From Eledone cirrhosa (Eukaryota): a stretch of 64,000 nucleotides of DNA. Location: positions 9,982,001-10,046,000 of the forward strand of contig OZ024745.1 in assembly GCA_964016885.1 (NCBI GenBank). The letters are read 5' to 3'. The notes beneath the pieces are model-generated. The model was not told the origin of the DNA. It saw nothing but the letters and a program-made list of their open reading frames with translations, and did not search any database. The position numbers and the translations under genes were made by a program. This document shows, one piece after another, positions 13,701 to 28,700 of this stretch. Numbering within the stretch: position 1 is the first letter of the stretch; each line of letters starts with the position of its first letter.

Positions 13701-16700
13701 CTAGTATAGGGTGGGTATAACTTAAGCTAGTATAGGGTGGGTATATCTTAAGCTAGTATAGGGTGGGTATATCTTAAACTAGTATAGGGTGAGTATATCT
13801 TAAGCTAGTATAGGGTGGGTATATCTTAAGCTAGTATAGGGTGGGTATATCTTAAGCTAGTATAGGGTGGGTATATCTTAAGCTAGTATAGGGTGAGTAT
13901 ATATTAAGCTAGTATAGGGTGGGTATATCTTAAGCTAGTAGGGTGGGTATATCTTAAGCTAGTATAGGGTGAGTATATCTTAAGCTAGTATAGGGTGAGT
14001 ATATCTTAAACTAGTATAGGGTGGGTATATCTTAAGCTAGTATAGGGTGGGTATATCTTAAGCTAGTATAGGGTGGGTATATCTTAAGCTAGTATAGGGT
14101 GGGTATATCTTAAACTAGTATAGGGTGGGTATATCTTAAGCTAGTATAGGGTGGGTATATCTTAAGCTAGTATAGGGTGAGTATATCTTAAGCTAATATA
14201 GGGTGGGTATATCTTAAACTAGTATAGGGTGAGTATATCTTAAACTAGTATAGGTGGGTATATCTTAAGCTAGTATAGGGTGGGTATATTTTAAGCTAGT
14301 ATAGGGTGAGTATATCTTAAACTAGTATAGGGTGGGTATATCTTAAGCTAGTATAGGGTGGGTATATCTTAAGCTAGTATAGGGTGAGTATATCTGAAGC
14401 TAGTATAGGGTGGGTATATCTTAAGCAAGTATAGGGTGGGTATATCTTAAGCTAGTATAGGGTGGGTATATCTTAAACTAGTATAGGGTGAGTATATCTT
14501 AAGCTAGTATAGGGTGGGTATATCTTAAGCTAGTATAGGGTGGGTATATCTTAAGCTAGTATAGGGTGAGTATATCTTAAACTAGTATAGGTGGGTATAT
14601 CTTAAGCTAGTATAGGGTGGGTATATTTTAAGCTAGTATAGGGTGAGTATATCTTAAACTAGTATAGGGTGGGTATATCTTAAGCTAGTATAGGGTGGGT
14701 ATATCTTAAGCTAGTATAGGGTGAGTATATCTTAAGCTAGTATAGGGTGGGTATATCTTAAGCTAGTATAGGGTGGGTATATCCTAAGCTAGTATAGGGT
14801 GGGTATATCTTAAACTAGTATAGGGTGAGTATATCTTAAGCTAGTATAGGGTGGGTATATCTTAAGCTAGTATAGTGTGGGTATATCTTAAGCTAGTATA
14901 GGGTGGGTATATCTTAAGCTAGTATAGGGTGAGTATATATTAAGCTAGTATAGGGTGGGTATATCTTAAGCTAGTAGGGTGGGTATATCTTAAGCTAGTA
15001 TAGGGTGAGTATATCTTAAGCTAGTATAGGGTGAGTATATCTTAAACTAGTATAGGGTGGGTATATCTTAAGCTAGTATAGGGTGGGTATATCTTAAGCT
15101 AGTATAGGGTGGGTATATCTTAAGCTAGTATAGGGTGGGTATATCTTAAGCTAGTATAGGGTGGGTATATCTTAAACTAGTATAGGGTGGGTATATCTTA
15201 AGCTAGTATAGGGTGGGTATATCTTAAGCTGATATAGGGTGGGTATATCTTAAGCTAGTATAGGGTGGGTATATCTTAAGCTAGTATAGGGTGGGTATAT
15301 CTTAAGCTAGTATAGGGTGGGTATATCTTAAGCTAGTATAGGGTGAGTATATCTTAAACCAGTATAGGGTGGGTATATCTTAAGCTAGAATAGGGTGGGT
15401 ATATCTTAAGCAAGTATAGGGTGGGTATATCTTAAACTAGTATAGGGTGGGTATATCTTAAGCTAGTATAGGGTGGGTATATCTTAAGCTAGTATAGGGT
15501 GGGTATATCTTAAGCTAGTATAGGGTGGGTATATCTTAAGCTAGTATAGGGTGGGTATATCTTAAGCTAGTATAGGGTGGGTATATCTTAAGCTAGTATA
15601 GGGTGGGTATATCTTAAGCTAGTATAGGGTGGGTATATCTTAAGCTAGTATAGGGTGAGTATATCTTAAGCTAGTATAGGGTGGGTATATCTTAAGCTAG
15701 TTTAGGGTGGGTATATCTTAAGCTAGTATAGGGTGGGTATATCTTAAACTAGTATAGGGTGAGTATATCTTAAGCTAGTATAGGGTGGGTATATCTTAAG
15801 CTAGTATAGGGTGGGTATATCTTAAGCTAGTATAGGGTGGGTATATCTTAAGCTAGTATAGGGTGAGTATATATTAAGCTAGTATAGGGTGGGTATATCT
15901 TAAGCTAGTAGGGTGGGTATATCTTAAGCTAGTATAGGGTGAGTATATCTTAAGCTAGTATAGGGTGAGTATATCTTAAACTAGTATAGGGTGGGTATAT
16001 CTTAAGCTAGTATAGGGTGGGTATATCTTAAGCTAGTATAGGGTGGGAATATCTTAAGCTAGTATAGGGTGGGTATATCTTAAGCTAGTATAGGGTGGGT
16101 ATATCTTAAACTAGTATAGGGTGGGTATATCTTAAGCTAGTATAGGGTGGGTATATCTTAAGCTGATATAGGGTGGGTATATCTTAAGCTAGTATAGGGT
16201 GGGTATACCTTAAGCTAGTATAGGGTGGGTATATCTTAAGCTAGTATAGGGTGGGTATATCTTAAGCTAGTATAGGGTGAGTATATCTTAAACCAGTATA
16301 GGGTGGGTATATCTTAAGCTAGTAAGGGTGGGTATATCTTAAGCTAGTATAGGGTGGGTATATCTTAAACTAGTATAGGGTGGGTATATCTTAAGCTAGT
16401 ATAGGGTGGGTATATCTTAAGCTAGTATAGGGTGGGTATATCTTAAGCTAGTATAGGGTGGGTATATCTTAAGCTAGTATAGGGTGGGTATATCTTAAGC
16501 TAGTATAGGGTGGGTATATCTTAAGCTAGTATAGGGTGGGTATATCTTAAGCTAGTATAGGGTGAGTATATCTTAAGCTAGTATAGGGTGGGTATATCTT
16601 AAGCTAGTATAGGGTGGGTATATCTTAAGCTAGTATAGGGTGGGTATATCTTAAACTAGTATAGGGTGAGTATATCTAAAGCTAGTATAGGGTGGGTATA

Positions 16701-19700
16701 TCTTAAGCTAGTAAGCGTGGGTATATCTTAAGCTAGTATAGGGTGGGTATATCTTAAGCTAGTATAGGGTGAGTATATATTAAGCTAGTATAGGGTGGGT
16801 ATATCTTAAGCTAGTAGGGTGGGTATATCTTAAGCTAGTATAGGGTGAGTATATCTTAAGCTAGTATAGGGTGAGTATATCTTAAACTAGTATAGGGTGG
16901 GTATATCTCCAGCTAGTATAGGGTGGGTATATCTTAAGCTAGTATAGGGTGGGTATATCTTAAGCTAGTATAGGGTGGGTATATCTTAAGCTAGTATAGG
17001 GTGGGTATATCTTAAACTAGTATAGGGTGGGTATATCTTAAGCTAGTATAGGGTGGGTATATCTTAAGCTGATATAGGGTGGGTATATCTTAAGCTAGTA
17101 TAGGGTGGGTATATCTTAAGCTAGTATAGAGTGGGTATATCTTAAGCTAGTATAGGGTGGGTATATCTTAAGCTAGTATAGGGTGAGTATATCTTAAACC
17201 AGTATAGGGTGGGTATATCTTAAGCTAGTATAGGGTGGGTATATCTTAAGCTAGTATAGGGTGGGTATATCTTAAACTAGTTAGGGTGGGTATATCTTAA
17301 GCTAGTATAGGGTGGGTATATCTTAAGCTAGTATAGGGTGAGTATATCTTAAGCTAATATAGGGTGGGTATATCTTAAACTAGTATAGGGTGAGTATATC
17401 TTAAACTAGTATAGGTGGGTATATCTTAAGCTAGTATAGGGTGGGTATATTTTAAGCTAGTATAGGGTGAGTATATCTTAAACTAGTATAGGGTGGGTAT
17501 ATCTTAAGCTAGTATAGGGTGGGTATATCTTAAGCTAGTAGGGTGAGTATATATTAAGCTTGTATAGGGTGGGTATATCTTAAGCTAGTATAGGGTGAGT
17601 ATATATTAAGCTAGTATAGGGTGGGTATATCTTAAGCTAGTATAGGGTGGGTATATCTTAAGCTAGTATAGGGTGGGTATATCTTAAGCTAGTAGGGTGA
17701 GTATATCTTAAGCTAGTATAGGGTGGGTATATCTTAAGCTAGTATAGGGTGGGTATATATTAAGCTAGTATAGGGTGAGTATATCTTAAGCTAGTATAGG
17801 GTGGGTATATCTTAAGCTAGTATAGGGTGGGTATATCTTAAGCTAGTATAGGGTGGGTATATCTTAAGTTAGTATAGGGTGGGTATATCTTAAGCTAGTT
17901 AGGGTGGTATATCTTAAGCTAGTAGGGTGGGTATATCTTAAGCTAGTATAGGGTGGGTATATCTTAAGCTAGTATAGGGTGGGTATATCTTAAGCTAGTA
18001 TAGTGTGGGTATATCTTAAGCTAGTATAGGGTGGGTATATCTTAAGCTAGTATAGGGTGGGTATATCTTAAGCTAGTATAGGGTGAGTATATCTTAAGCT
18101 AGTATAGGGTGGGTATATCTTAAGCTAGTATAGGGTGGGTATATCTTAAGCTAGTATAGGGTGGGTATATCTTAAGCTAGTATAGGGTGAGTATATCTTA
18201 AGCTAGTATAGGGTGAGTATATCTTAAGCTAGTATAGGGTGGGTATATCTTAAGCTAGTATAGGGTGGGTATATCTTAAGCTAGTATAGGGTGGGTATCT
18301 CTTAAACTAGTATAGGGTGAGTATATCTTAAGCTAGTATAGGGTGGGTATATCTTAAGCTAGTATAGGGTGGGTATATCTTAAGCTAGTATAGGGTGGGT
18401 ATATCTTAAACTAGTATAGGGTGAGTATATCTTAAGCTAGTATAGGGTGGGTATATCTTAAGCTAGTATAGGGTGGGTATATCTTAAGCTAGTTTAGGGT
18501 GGGTATATCTTAAGCTAGTATAGGGTGAGTATATATTAAGCTAGTATAGGGTGGGTATATCTTAAGCTAGTAGGGTGGGTATATCTTAAGCTAGTATAGG
18601 GTGAGTATATCTTAAGCTAGTATAGGGTGAGTATATCTTAGACTAGTATAGGGTGGGTATATATTAAGCTAGTATAGGGTGGGTATATCTTAAGCTAGTA
18701 GGGTGGGTATATCTTAAGCTAGTATAGGGTGGGTATATCTTAAACTAGTATAGGGTGAGTATATCTTAAACTAGTATAGGTGGGTATATCTTAAACTAGT
18801 ATAGGGTGGGTATATCTTAAGCTAGTATAGGGTGGGTATATCTTAAGCTAGTATAGGGTGGGTATATCTTAAGCTAGAATAGGGTGGGTATATCTTAAGC
18901 TAGTATAGGGTGGGTATATCTTAAGCTAGTATAGGGTGAGTATATATTAAGCTAGTATAGGGTGGGTATATCTTAAGCTAGTAGGGTGGGTATATCTTAA
19001 GCTAGTATAGGGTGAGTATATCTTAAGCTAGTATAGGGTGAGTATATCTTAAACTAGTATAGGGTGGGTATATCTTAAGCTAGTATAGGGTGGGTATATC
19101 TTAAGCTAGTATAGGGTGGGTATATCTTAAGCTAGTATAGGGTGGGTATATCTTAAACTAGTATAGGGTGGGTATATCTTAAGCTAGTATAGGGTGGGTA
19201 TATCTTAAGCTAGTATAGGGTGAGTATATCTTAAGCTAATATAGGGTGGGTATATCTTAAACTAGTATAGGGTGGGTATATCTTAAACTAGTATAGGTGG
19301 GTATATCTTAAGCTAGTATAGGGTGGGTATATTTTAAGCTAGTATAGGGTGAGTATATCTTAAACTAGTATAGGGTGGGTATATCTTAAGCTAGTATAGG
19401 GTGGGTATATCTTAAGCTAGTATAGGGTGAGTATATCTGAAGCTAGTATAGGGTGGGTATATCTTAAGCTAGTATAGGGTGGGTATATCTTAAGCTAGTA
19501 TAGGGTGGGTATATCTTAAACTAGTATAGGGTGGGTATATCTTAAGCTAGTATAGGGTGGGTATATCTTAAGCTAGTATAGGGTGAGTATATCTTAAACT
19601 AGTATAGGTGGGTATATCTTAAGCTAGTATAGGGTGGGTATATTTTAAGCTAGTATAGGGTGAGTATATCTTAAACTAGTATAGGGTGGGTATATCTTAA

Positions 19701-22700
19701 GCTAGTATAGGGTGGGTATATCTTAAGCTAGTATAGGGTGAGTATATCTTAAGCTAGTATAGGGTGGGTATATCTTAAGCTAGTATAGGGTGGGTATATC
19801 TTAAGCTAGTATAGGGTGGGTATATCTTAAACTAGTATAGGGTGAGTATATCTTAAGCTAGTATAGGGTGGGTATATCTTAAGCTAGTATAGTGTGGGTA
19901 TATCTTAAGCTAGTATAGGGTGGGTATATCTTAAGCTAGTATAGGGTGAGTATATATTAAGCTAGTATAGGGTGGGTATATCTTAAGCTAGTAGGGTGGG
20001 TATATCTTAAGCTAGTATAGGGTGAGTATATCTTAAGCTAGTATAGGGTGAGTATATCTTAAACTAGTATAGGGTGGGTATATCTTAAGCTAGTATAGGG
20101 TGGGTATATCTTAAGCTAGTATAGGGTGGGTATATCTTAAGCTAGTATAGGGTGGGTATATCTTAAGCTAGTATAGGGTGGGTATATCTTAAACTAGTAT
20201 AGGGTGGGTATATCTTAAGCTAGTATAGGGTGGGTATATCTTAAGCTGATATAGGGTGGGTATATCTTAAGCTAGTATAGGGTGGGTATATCTTAAGCTA
20301 GTATAGGGTGGGTATATCTTAAGCTAGTATAGGGTGGGTATATCTTAAGCTAGTATAGGGTGAGTATATCTTAAACCAGTATAGGGTGGGTATATCTTAA
20401 GCTAGAATAGGGTGGGTATATCTTAAGCAAGTATAGGGTGGGTATATCTTAAACTAGTATAGGGTGGGTATATCTTAAGCTAGTATAGGGTGGGTATATC
20501 TTAAGCTAGTATAGGGTGGGTATATCTTAAGCTAGTATAGGGTGGGTATATCTTAAGCTAGTATAGGGTGGGTATATCTTAAGCTAGTATAGGGTGGGTA
20601 TATCTTAAGCTAGTATAGGGTGGGTATATCTTAAGCTAGTATAGGGTGGGTATATCTTAAGCTAGTATAGGGTGAGTATATCTTAAGCTAGTATAGGGTG
20701 GGTATATCTTAAGCTAGTTTAGGGTGGGTATATCTTAAGCTAGTATAGGGTGGGTATATCTTAAACTAGTATAGGGTGAGTATATCTTAAGCTAGTATAG
20801 GGTGGGTATATCTTAAGCTAGTATAGGGTGGGTATATCTTAAGCTAGTATAGGGTGGGTATATCTTAAGCTAGTATAGGGTGAGTATATATTAAGCTAGT
20901 ATAGGGTGGGTATATCTTAAGCTAGTAGGGTGGGTATATCTTAAGCTATTATAGGGTGAGTATATCTTAAGCTAGTATAGGGTGAGTATATCTTAAACTA
21001 GTATAGGGTGGGTATATCTTAAGCTAGTATAGGGTGGGTATATCTTAAGCTAGTATAGGGTGGGAATATCTTAAGCTAGTATAGGGTGGGTATATCTTAA
21101 GCTAGTATAGGGTGGGTATATCTTAAACTAGTATAGGGTGGGTATATCTTAAGCTAGTATAGGGTGGGTATATCTTAAGCTGATATAGGGTGGGTATATC
21201 TTAAGCTAGTATAGGGTGGGTATATCTTAAGCTAGTATAGGGTGGGTATATCTTAAGCTAGTATTGTGTGGGTATATCTTAAGCTAGTATAGGGTGAGTA
21301 TATCTTAAACCAGTATAGGGTGGGTATATCTTAAGCTAGTATAGGGTGGGTATATCTTAAGCTAGTATAGGGTGGGTATATCTTAAACTAGTATAGGGTG
21401 GGTATATCTTAAGCTAGTATAGGGTGGGTATATCTTAAGCTAGTATAGGGTGGGTATATCTTAAGCTAGTATAGGGTGGGTATATCTTAAGCTAGTATAG
21501 GGTGGGTATATCTTAAGCTAGTATAGAGTGGGTATATCTTAAGCTAGTATAGGGTGGGTATATCTTAAGCTAGTATAGGGTGAGTATATCTTAAGCTAGT
21601 ATAGGGTGGGTATATCTTAAGCTAGTATAGGGTGGGTATATCTTAAGCTAGTATAGGGTGGGTATATCTTAAACTAGTATAGGGTGAGTATATCTTAAGC
21701 TAGTATAGGGTGGGTATATCTTAAGCTAGTAAGGGTGGGTATATCTTAAGCTAGTATAGGGTGAGTATATATTAAGCTAGTATAGGGTGGGTATATCTTA
21801 AGCTAGTAGGGTGGGTATATCTTAAGCTAGTATAGGGTGAGTATATCTTAAGCTAGTATAGGGTGAGTATATCTTAAACTAGTATAGGGTGGGTATATCT
21901 TAAGCTAGTATAGGGCGGGTATATCTTAAGCTAGTATAGTGTGGGTATATCTTAAGCTAGTATAGGGTGGGTATATCTTAAGCTAGTATAGGGTGGGTAT
22001 ATCTTAAACTAGTATAGGGTGGGTATATCTTAAGCTAGTATAGGGTGGGTATATCTTAAGCTGATATAGGGTGGGTATATCTTAAGCTAGTATAGGGTGG
22101 GTATATCTTAAGCTAGTATAGAGTGGGTATATCTTAAGCTAGTATAGGGTGGGTATATCTTAAGCTAGTATAGGGTGAGTATATCTTAAACCAGTATAGG
22201 GTGGGTATATCTTAAGCTAGTATAGGGTGGGTATATCTTAAGCTAGTATAGGGTGGGTATATCTTAAACTAGTTAGGGTGGGTATATCTTAAGCTAGTAT
22301 AGGGTGGGTATATCTTAAGCTAGTATAGGGTGAGTATATCTTAAGCTAATATAGGGTGGGTATATCTTAAACTAGTATAGGGTGAGTATATCTTAAACTA
22401 GTATAGGTGGGTATATCTTAAGCTAGTATAGGGTGGGTATATTTTAAGCTAGTATAGGGTGAGTATATCTTAAACTAGTATAGGGTGGGTATATCTTAAG
22501 CTAGTATAGGGTGGGTATATCTTAAGCTAGTAGGGTGAGTATATATTAAGCTTGTATAGGGTGGGTATATCTTAAGCTAGTATAGGGTGAGTATATATTA
22601 AGCAAGTATAGGGTGGGTATATCTTAAGCTAGTATAGGGTGGGTATATCTTAAGCTAGTATAGGGTGGGTATATCTTAAGCTAGTAGGGTGAGTATATCT

Positions 22701-25700
22701 TAAGCTAGTATAGGGTGGGTATATCTTAAGCTAGTATAGGGTGGGTATATATTAAGCTAGTATAGGGTGAGTATATCTTAAGCTAGTATAGGGTGGGTAT
22801 ATCTTAAGCTAGTATAGGGTGGGTATATCTTAAGCTAGTATAGGGTGGGTATATCTTAAGCTAGTATAGGGTGGGTATATCTTAAGTTAGTATAGGGTGG
22901 GTATATCTTAAGCTAGTTAGGGTGGTATATCTTAAGCTAGTAGGGTGGGTATATCTTAAGCTAGTATAGGGTGGGTATATCTTAAGCTAGTATAGGGTGG
23001 GTATATCTTAAGCTAGTATAGTGTGGGTATATCTTAAGCTAGTATAGGGTGGGTATATCTTAAGCTAGTATAGGGTGGGTATATCTTAAGCTAGTATAGG
23101 GTGAGTATATCTTAAGCTAGTATAGGGTGGGTATATCTTAAGCTAGTATAGGGTGGGTATATCTTAAGCTAGTATAGGGTGGGTATATCTTAAGCTAGTA
23201 TAGGGTGAGTATATCTTAAGCTAGTATAGGGTGAGTATATCTTAAGCTAGTATAGGGTGGGTATATCTTAAGCTAGTATAGGGTGGGTATATCTTAAACT
23301 AGTATAGGGTGAGTATATCTTAAGCTAGTATAGGGTGGGTATATCTTAAGCTAGTATAGGGTGGGTATATCTTAAGCTAGTATAGGGTGAGTATATCTTA
23401 AGCTAGTATAGGGTGGGTATATCTTAAGCTAGTATAGGGTGGGTATATCTTAAGCTAGTATAGGGTGGGTATATCTTAAACTAGTATAGGGTGAGTATAT
23501 CTTAAGCTAGTATAGGGTGGGTATATCTTAAGCTAGTATAGGGTGGGTATATCTTAAGCTAGTATAGGGTGGGTATATCTTAAACTAGTATAGGGTGAGT
23601 ATATCTTAAGCTAGTATAGGGTGGGTATATCTTAAGCTAGTATAGGGTGGGTATATCTTAAGCTAGTATAGGGTGGGTATATCTTAAGCTAGTATAGGGT
23701 GAGTATATATTAAGCTAGTATAGGGTGGGTATATCTTAAGCTAGTAGGGTGGGTATATCTTAAGCTAGTATAGGGTGAGTATATCTTAAGCTAGTATAGG
23801 GTGAGTATATCTTAAACTAGTATAGGGTGGGTATATATTAAGCTAGTATAGGGTGGGTATATCTTAAGCTAGTAGGGTGGGTATATCTTAAGCTAGTATA
23901 GGGTGGGTATATCCTAAACTAGTATAGGGTGAGTATATCTTAAACTAGTATAGGTGGGTATATCTTAAACTAGTATAGGGTGGGTATATCTTAAGCTAGT
24001 ATAGGGTGGGTATATCTTAAGCTAGTATAGGGTGGGTATATATTAAGCTAGTATAGGGTGGGTATATCTTAAACTAGTATAGGGTGGGTATATCTTAAGC
24101 TAGTTTAGGGTGGGTATATCTTAAGCTAGTATAGGGTGGGTATATCTTAAACTAGTATAGGGTGAGTATATCTTAAGCTAGTATAGGGTGGGTATATCTT
24201 AAGCTAGTATAGGGTGGGTATATCTTAAGCTAGTATAGGGTGGGTATATCTTAAGCTAGTATAGGGTGAGTATATATTAAGCTAGTATAGGGTGGGTATA
24301 TCTTAAGCTAGTAGGGTGGGTATATCTTAAGCTATTATAGGGTGAGTATATCTTAAGCTAGTATAGGGTGAGTATATCTTAAACTAGTATAGGGTGGGTA
24401 TATCTTAAGCTAGTATAGGGTGGGTATATCTTAAGCTAGTATAGGGTGGGAATATCTTAAGCTAGTATAGGGTGGGTATATCTTAAGCTAGTATAGGGTG
24501 GGTATATCTTAAACTAGTATAGGGTGGGTATATCTTAAGCTAGTATAGGGTGGGTATATCTTAAGCTGATATAGGGTGGGTATATCTTAAGCTAGTATAG
24601 GGTGGGTATATCTTAAGCTAGTATAGGGTGGGTATATCTTAAGCTAGTATTGTGTGGGTATATCTTAAGCTAGTATAGGGTGAGTATATCTTAAACCAGT
24701 ATAGGGTGGGTATATCTTAAGCTAGTATAGGGTGGGTATATCTTAAGCTAGTATAGGGTGGGTATATCTTAAACTAGTATAGGGTGGGTATATCTTAAGC
24801 TAGTATAGGGTGGGTATATCTTAAGCTAGTATAGGGTGGGTATATCTTAAGCTAGTATAGGGTGGGTATATCTTAAGCTAGTATAGGGTGGGTATATCTT
24901 AAGCTAGTATAGAGTGGGTATATCTTAAGCTAGTATAGGGTGGGTATATCTTAAGCTAGTATAGGGTGAGTATATCTTAAGCTAGTATAGGGTGGGTATA
25001 TCTTAAGCTAGTATAGGGTGGGTATATCTTAAGCTAGTATAGGGTGGGTATATCTTAAACTAGTATAGGGTGAGTATATCTTAAGCTAGTATAGGGTGGG
25101 TATATCTTAAGCTAGTAAGGGTGGGTATATCTTAAGCTAGTATAGGGTGAGTATATATTAAGCTAGTATAGGGTGGGTATATCTTAAGCTAGTAGGGTGG
25201 GTATATCTTAAGCTAGTATAGGGTGAGTATATCTTAAGCTAGTATAGGGTGAGTATATCTTAAACTAGTATAGGGTGGGTATATCTTAAGCTAGTATAGG
25301 GCGGGTATATCTTAAGCTAGTATAGTGTGGGTATATCTTAAGCTAGTATAGGGTGGGTATATCTTAAGCTAGTATAGGGTGGGTATATCTTAAACTAGTA
25401 TAGGGTGGGTATATCTTAAGCTAGTATAGGGTGGGTATATCTTAAGCTGATATAGGGTGGGTATATCTTAAGCTAGTATAGGGTGGGTATATCTTAAGCT
25501 AGTATAGAGTGGGTATATCTTAAGCTAGTATAGGGTGGGTATATCTTAAGCTAGTATAGGGTGAGTATATCTTAAACCAGTATAGGGTGGGTATATCTTA
25601 AGCTAGTATAGGGTGGGTATATCTTAAGCTAGTATAGGGTGGGTATATCTTAAACTAGTTAGGGTGGGTATATCTTAAGCTAGTATAGGGTGGGTATATC

Positions 25701-28700
25701 TTAAGCTAGTATAGGGTGAGTATATCTTAAGCTAATATAGGGTGGGTATATCTTAAACTAGTATAGGGTGAGTATATCTTAAACTAGTATAGGTGGGTAT
25801 ATCTTAAGCTAGTATAGGGTGGGTATATTTTAAGCTAGTATAGGGTGAGTATATCTTAAACTAGTATAGGGTGGGTATATCTTAAGCTAGTATAGGGTGG
25901 GTATATCTTAAGCTAGTAGGGTGAGTATATATTAAGCTTGTATAGGGTGGGTATATCTTAAGCTAGTATAGGGTGAGTATATATTAAGCAAGTATAGGGT
26001 GGGTATATCTTAAGCTAGTATAGGGTGGGTATATCTTAAGCTAGTATAGGGTGGGTATATCTTAAGCTAGTAGGGTGAGTATATCTTAAGCTAGTATAGG
26101 GTGGGTATATCTTAAGCTAGTATAGGGTGGGTATATATTAAGCTAGTATAGGGTGAGTATATCTTAAGCTAGTATAGGGTGGGTATATCTTAAGCTAGTA
26201 TAGGGTGGGTATATCTTAAGCTAGTATAGGGTGGGTATATCTTAAGCTAGTATAGGGTGGGTATATCTTAAGTTAGTATAGGGTGGGTATATCTTAAGCT
26301 AGTTAGGGTGGTATATCTTAAGCTAGTAGGGTGGGTATATCTTAAGCTAGTATAGGGTGGGTATATCTTAAGCTAGTATAGGGTGGGTATATCTTAAGCT
26401 AGTATAGTGTGGGTATATCTTAAGCTAGTATAGGGTGGGTATATCTTAAGCTAGTATAGGGTGGGTATATCTTAAGCTAGTATAGGGTGAGTATATCTTA
26501 AGCTAGTATAGGGTGGGTATATCTTAAGCTAGTATAGGGTGGGTATATCTTAAGCTAGTATAGGGTGGGTATATCTTAAGCTAGTATAGGGTGAGTATAT
26601 CTTAAGCTAGTATAGGGTGAGTATATCTTAAGCTAGTATAGGGTGGGTATATCTTAAGCTAGTATAGGGTGGGTATATCTTAAACTAGTATAGGGTGAGT
26701 ATATCTTAAGCTAGTATAGGGTGGGTATATCTTAAGCTAGTATAGGGTGGGTATATCTTAAGCTAGTATAGGGTGAGTATATCTTAAGCTAGTATAGGGT
26801 GGGTATATCTTAAGCTAGTATAGGGTGGGTATATCTTAAGCTAGTATAGGGTGGGTATATCTTAAACTAGTATAGGGTGAGTATATCTTAAGCTAGTATA
26901 GGGTGGGTATATCTTAAGCTAGTATAGGGTGGGTATATCTTAAGCTAGTATAGGGTGGGTATATCTTAAACTAGTATAGGGTGAGTATATCTTAAGCTAG
27001 TATAGGGTGGGTATATCTTAAGCTAGTATAGGGTGGGTATATCTTAAGCTAGTATAGGGTGGGTATATCTTAAGCTAGTATAGGGTGAGTATATATTAAG
27101 CTAGTATAGGGTGGGTATATCTTAAGCTAGTAGGGTGGGTATATCTTAAGCTAGTATAGGGTGAGTATATCTTAAGCTAGTATAGGGTGAGTATATCTTA
27201 AACTAGTATAGGGTGGGTATATATTAAGCTAGTATAGGGTGGGTATATCTTAAGCTAGTAGGGTGGGTATATCTTAAGCTAGTATAGGGTGGGTATATCC
27301 TAAACTAGTATAGGGTGAGTATATCTTAAACTAGTATAGGTGGGTATATCTTAAACTAGTATAGGGTGGGTATATCTTAAGCTAGTATAGGGTGGGTATA
27401 TCTTAAGCTAGTATAGGGTGGGTATATATTAAGCTAGTATAGGGTGGGTATATCTTAAACTAGTATAGGGTGGGTATATCTTAAGCTAGTATAGGGTGGG
27501 TATATCTTAAGCTAGTATAGGGTGGGTATATCTTAAGCTAGTATAGGGTGGGTATATCTTAAGCTAGTATAGGGTGGGTATATCTTAAGCTAGTATAGGG
27601 TGGGTATATCTTAAGCTAGTATAGGGTGAGTATATCTTAAGCTAGTATAGGGTGGGTATATCTTAAGCTAGTATAGGGTGGGTATATCTTAAGCTAGTAT
27701 AGGGTGGGTATATCTTAAACTAGTATAGGGTGAGTATATCTTAAGCTAGTATAGGGTGGGTATATCTTAAGCTAGTATAGGGTGGGTATATCTTAAGCTA
27801 GTATAGGGTGGGTATATCTTAAGCTAGTATAGGGTGAGTATATATTAAGCTAGTATAGGGTGGGTATATCTTAAGCTAGTAGGGTGGGTATATCTTAAGC
27901 TAGTATAGGGTGAGTATATCTTAAGCTAGTATAGGGTGAGTATATCTTAAACTAGTATAGGGTGGGTATATCTTAAGCTAGTATAGGGTGGGTATATCTT
28001 AAGCTAGTATAGGGTGGGTATATCTTAAGCTAGTATAGGGTGGGTATATCTTAAGCTAGTATAGGGTGGGTATATCTTAAACTAGTATAGGGTGGGTATA
28101 TCTTAAGCTAGTATAGGGTGGGTATATCTTAAGCTGATATAGGGTGGGTATATCTTAAGCTAGTATAGGGTGGGTATATCTTAAGCTAGTATAGGGTGGG
28201 TATATCTTAAGCTAGTATAGGGTGGGTATATCTTAACCTAGTATAGGGTGAGTATATCTTAAACCAGTATAGGGTGGGTATATCTTAAGCTAGTATAGGG
28301 TGGGTATATCTTAAGCTAGTATAGGGTGGGTATATCTTAAACTAGTATAGGGTGGGTATATCTTAAGCTAGTATAGGGTGGGTATATCTTAAGCTAGTAT
28401 AGGGTGGGTATATCTTAAGCTAGTATAGGGTGGGTATATCTTAAGCTAGTATAGGGTGGGTATATCTTAAGCTAGTATAGGGTGGGTATATCTTAAGCTA
28501 GTATAGGGTGGGTATATCTTAAGCTAGTATAGGGTGAGTATATCTTAAGCTAGTATAGGGTGGGTATATCTTAAGCTAGTATAGGGTGGGTATATCTTAA
28601 GCTAGTATAGGGTGGGTATATCTTAAACTAGTATAGGGTGAGTATATCTTAAGCTAGTATAGGGTGGGTATATCTTAAGCTAGTATAGGGTGGGTATATC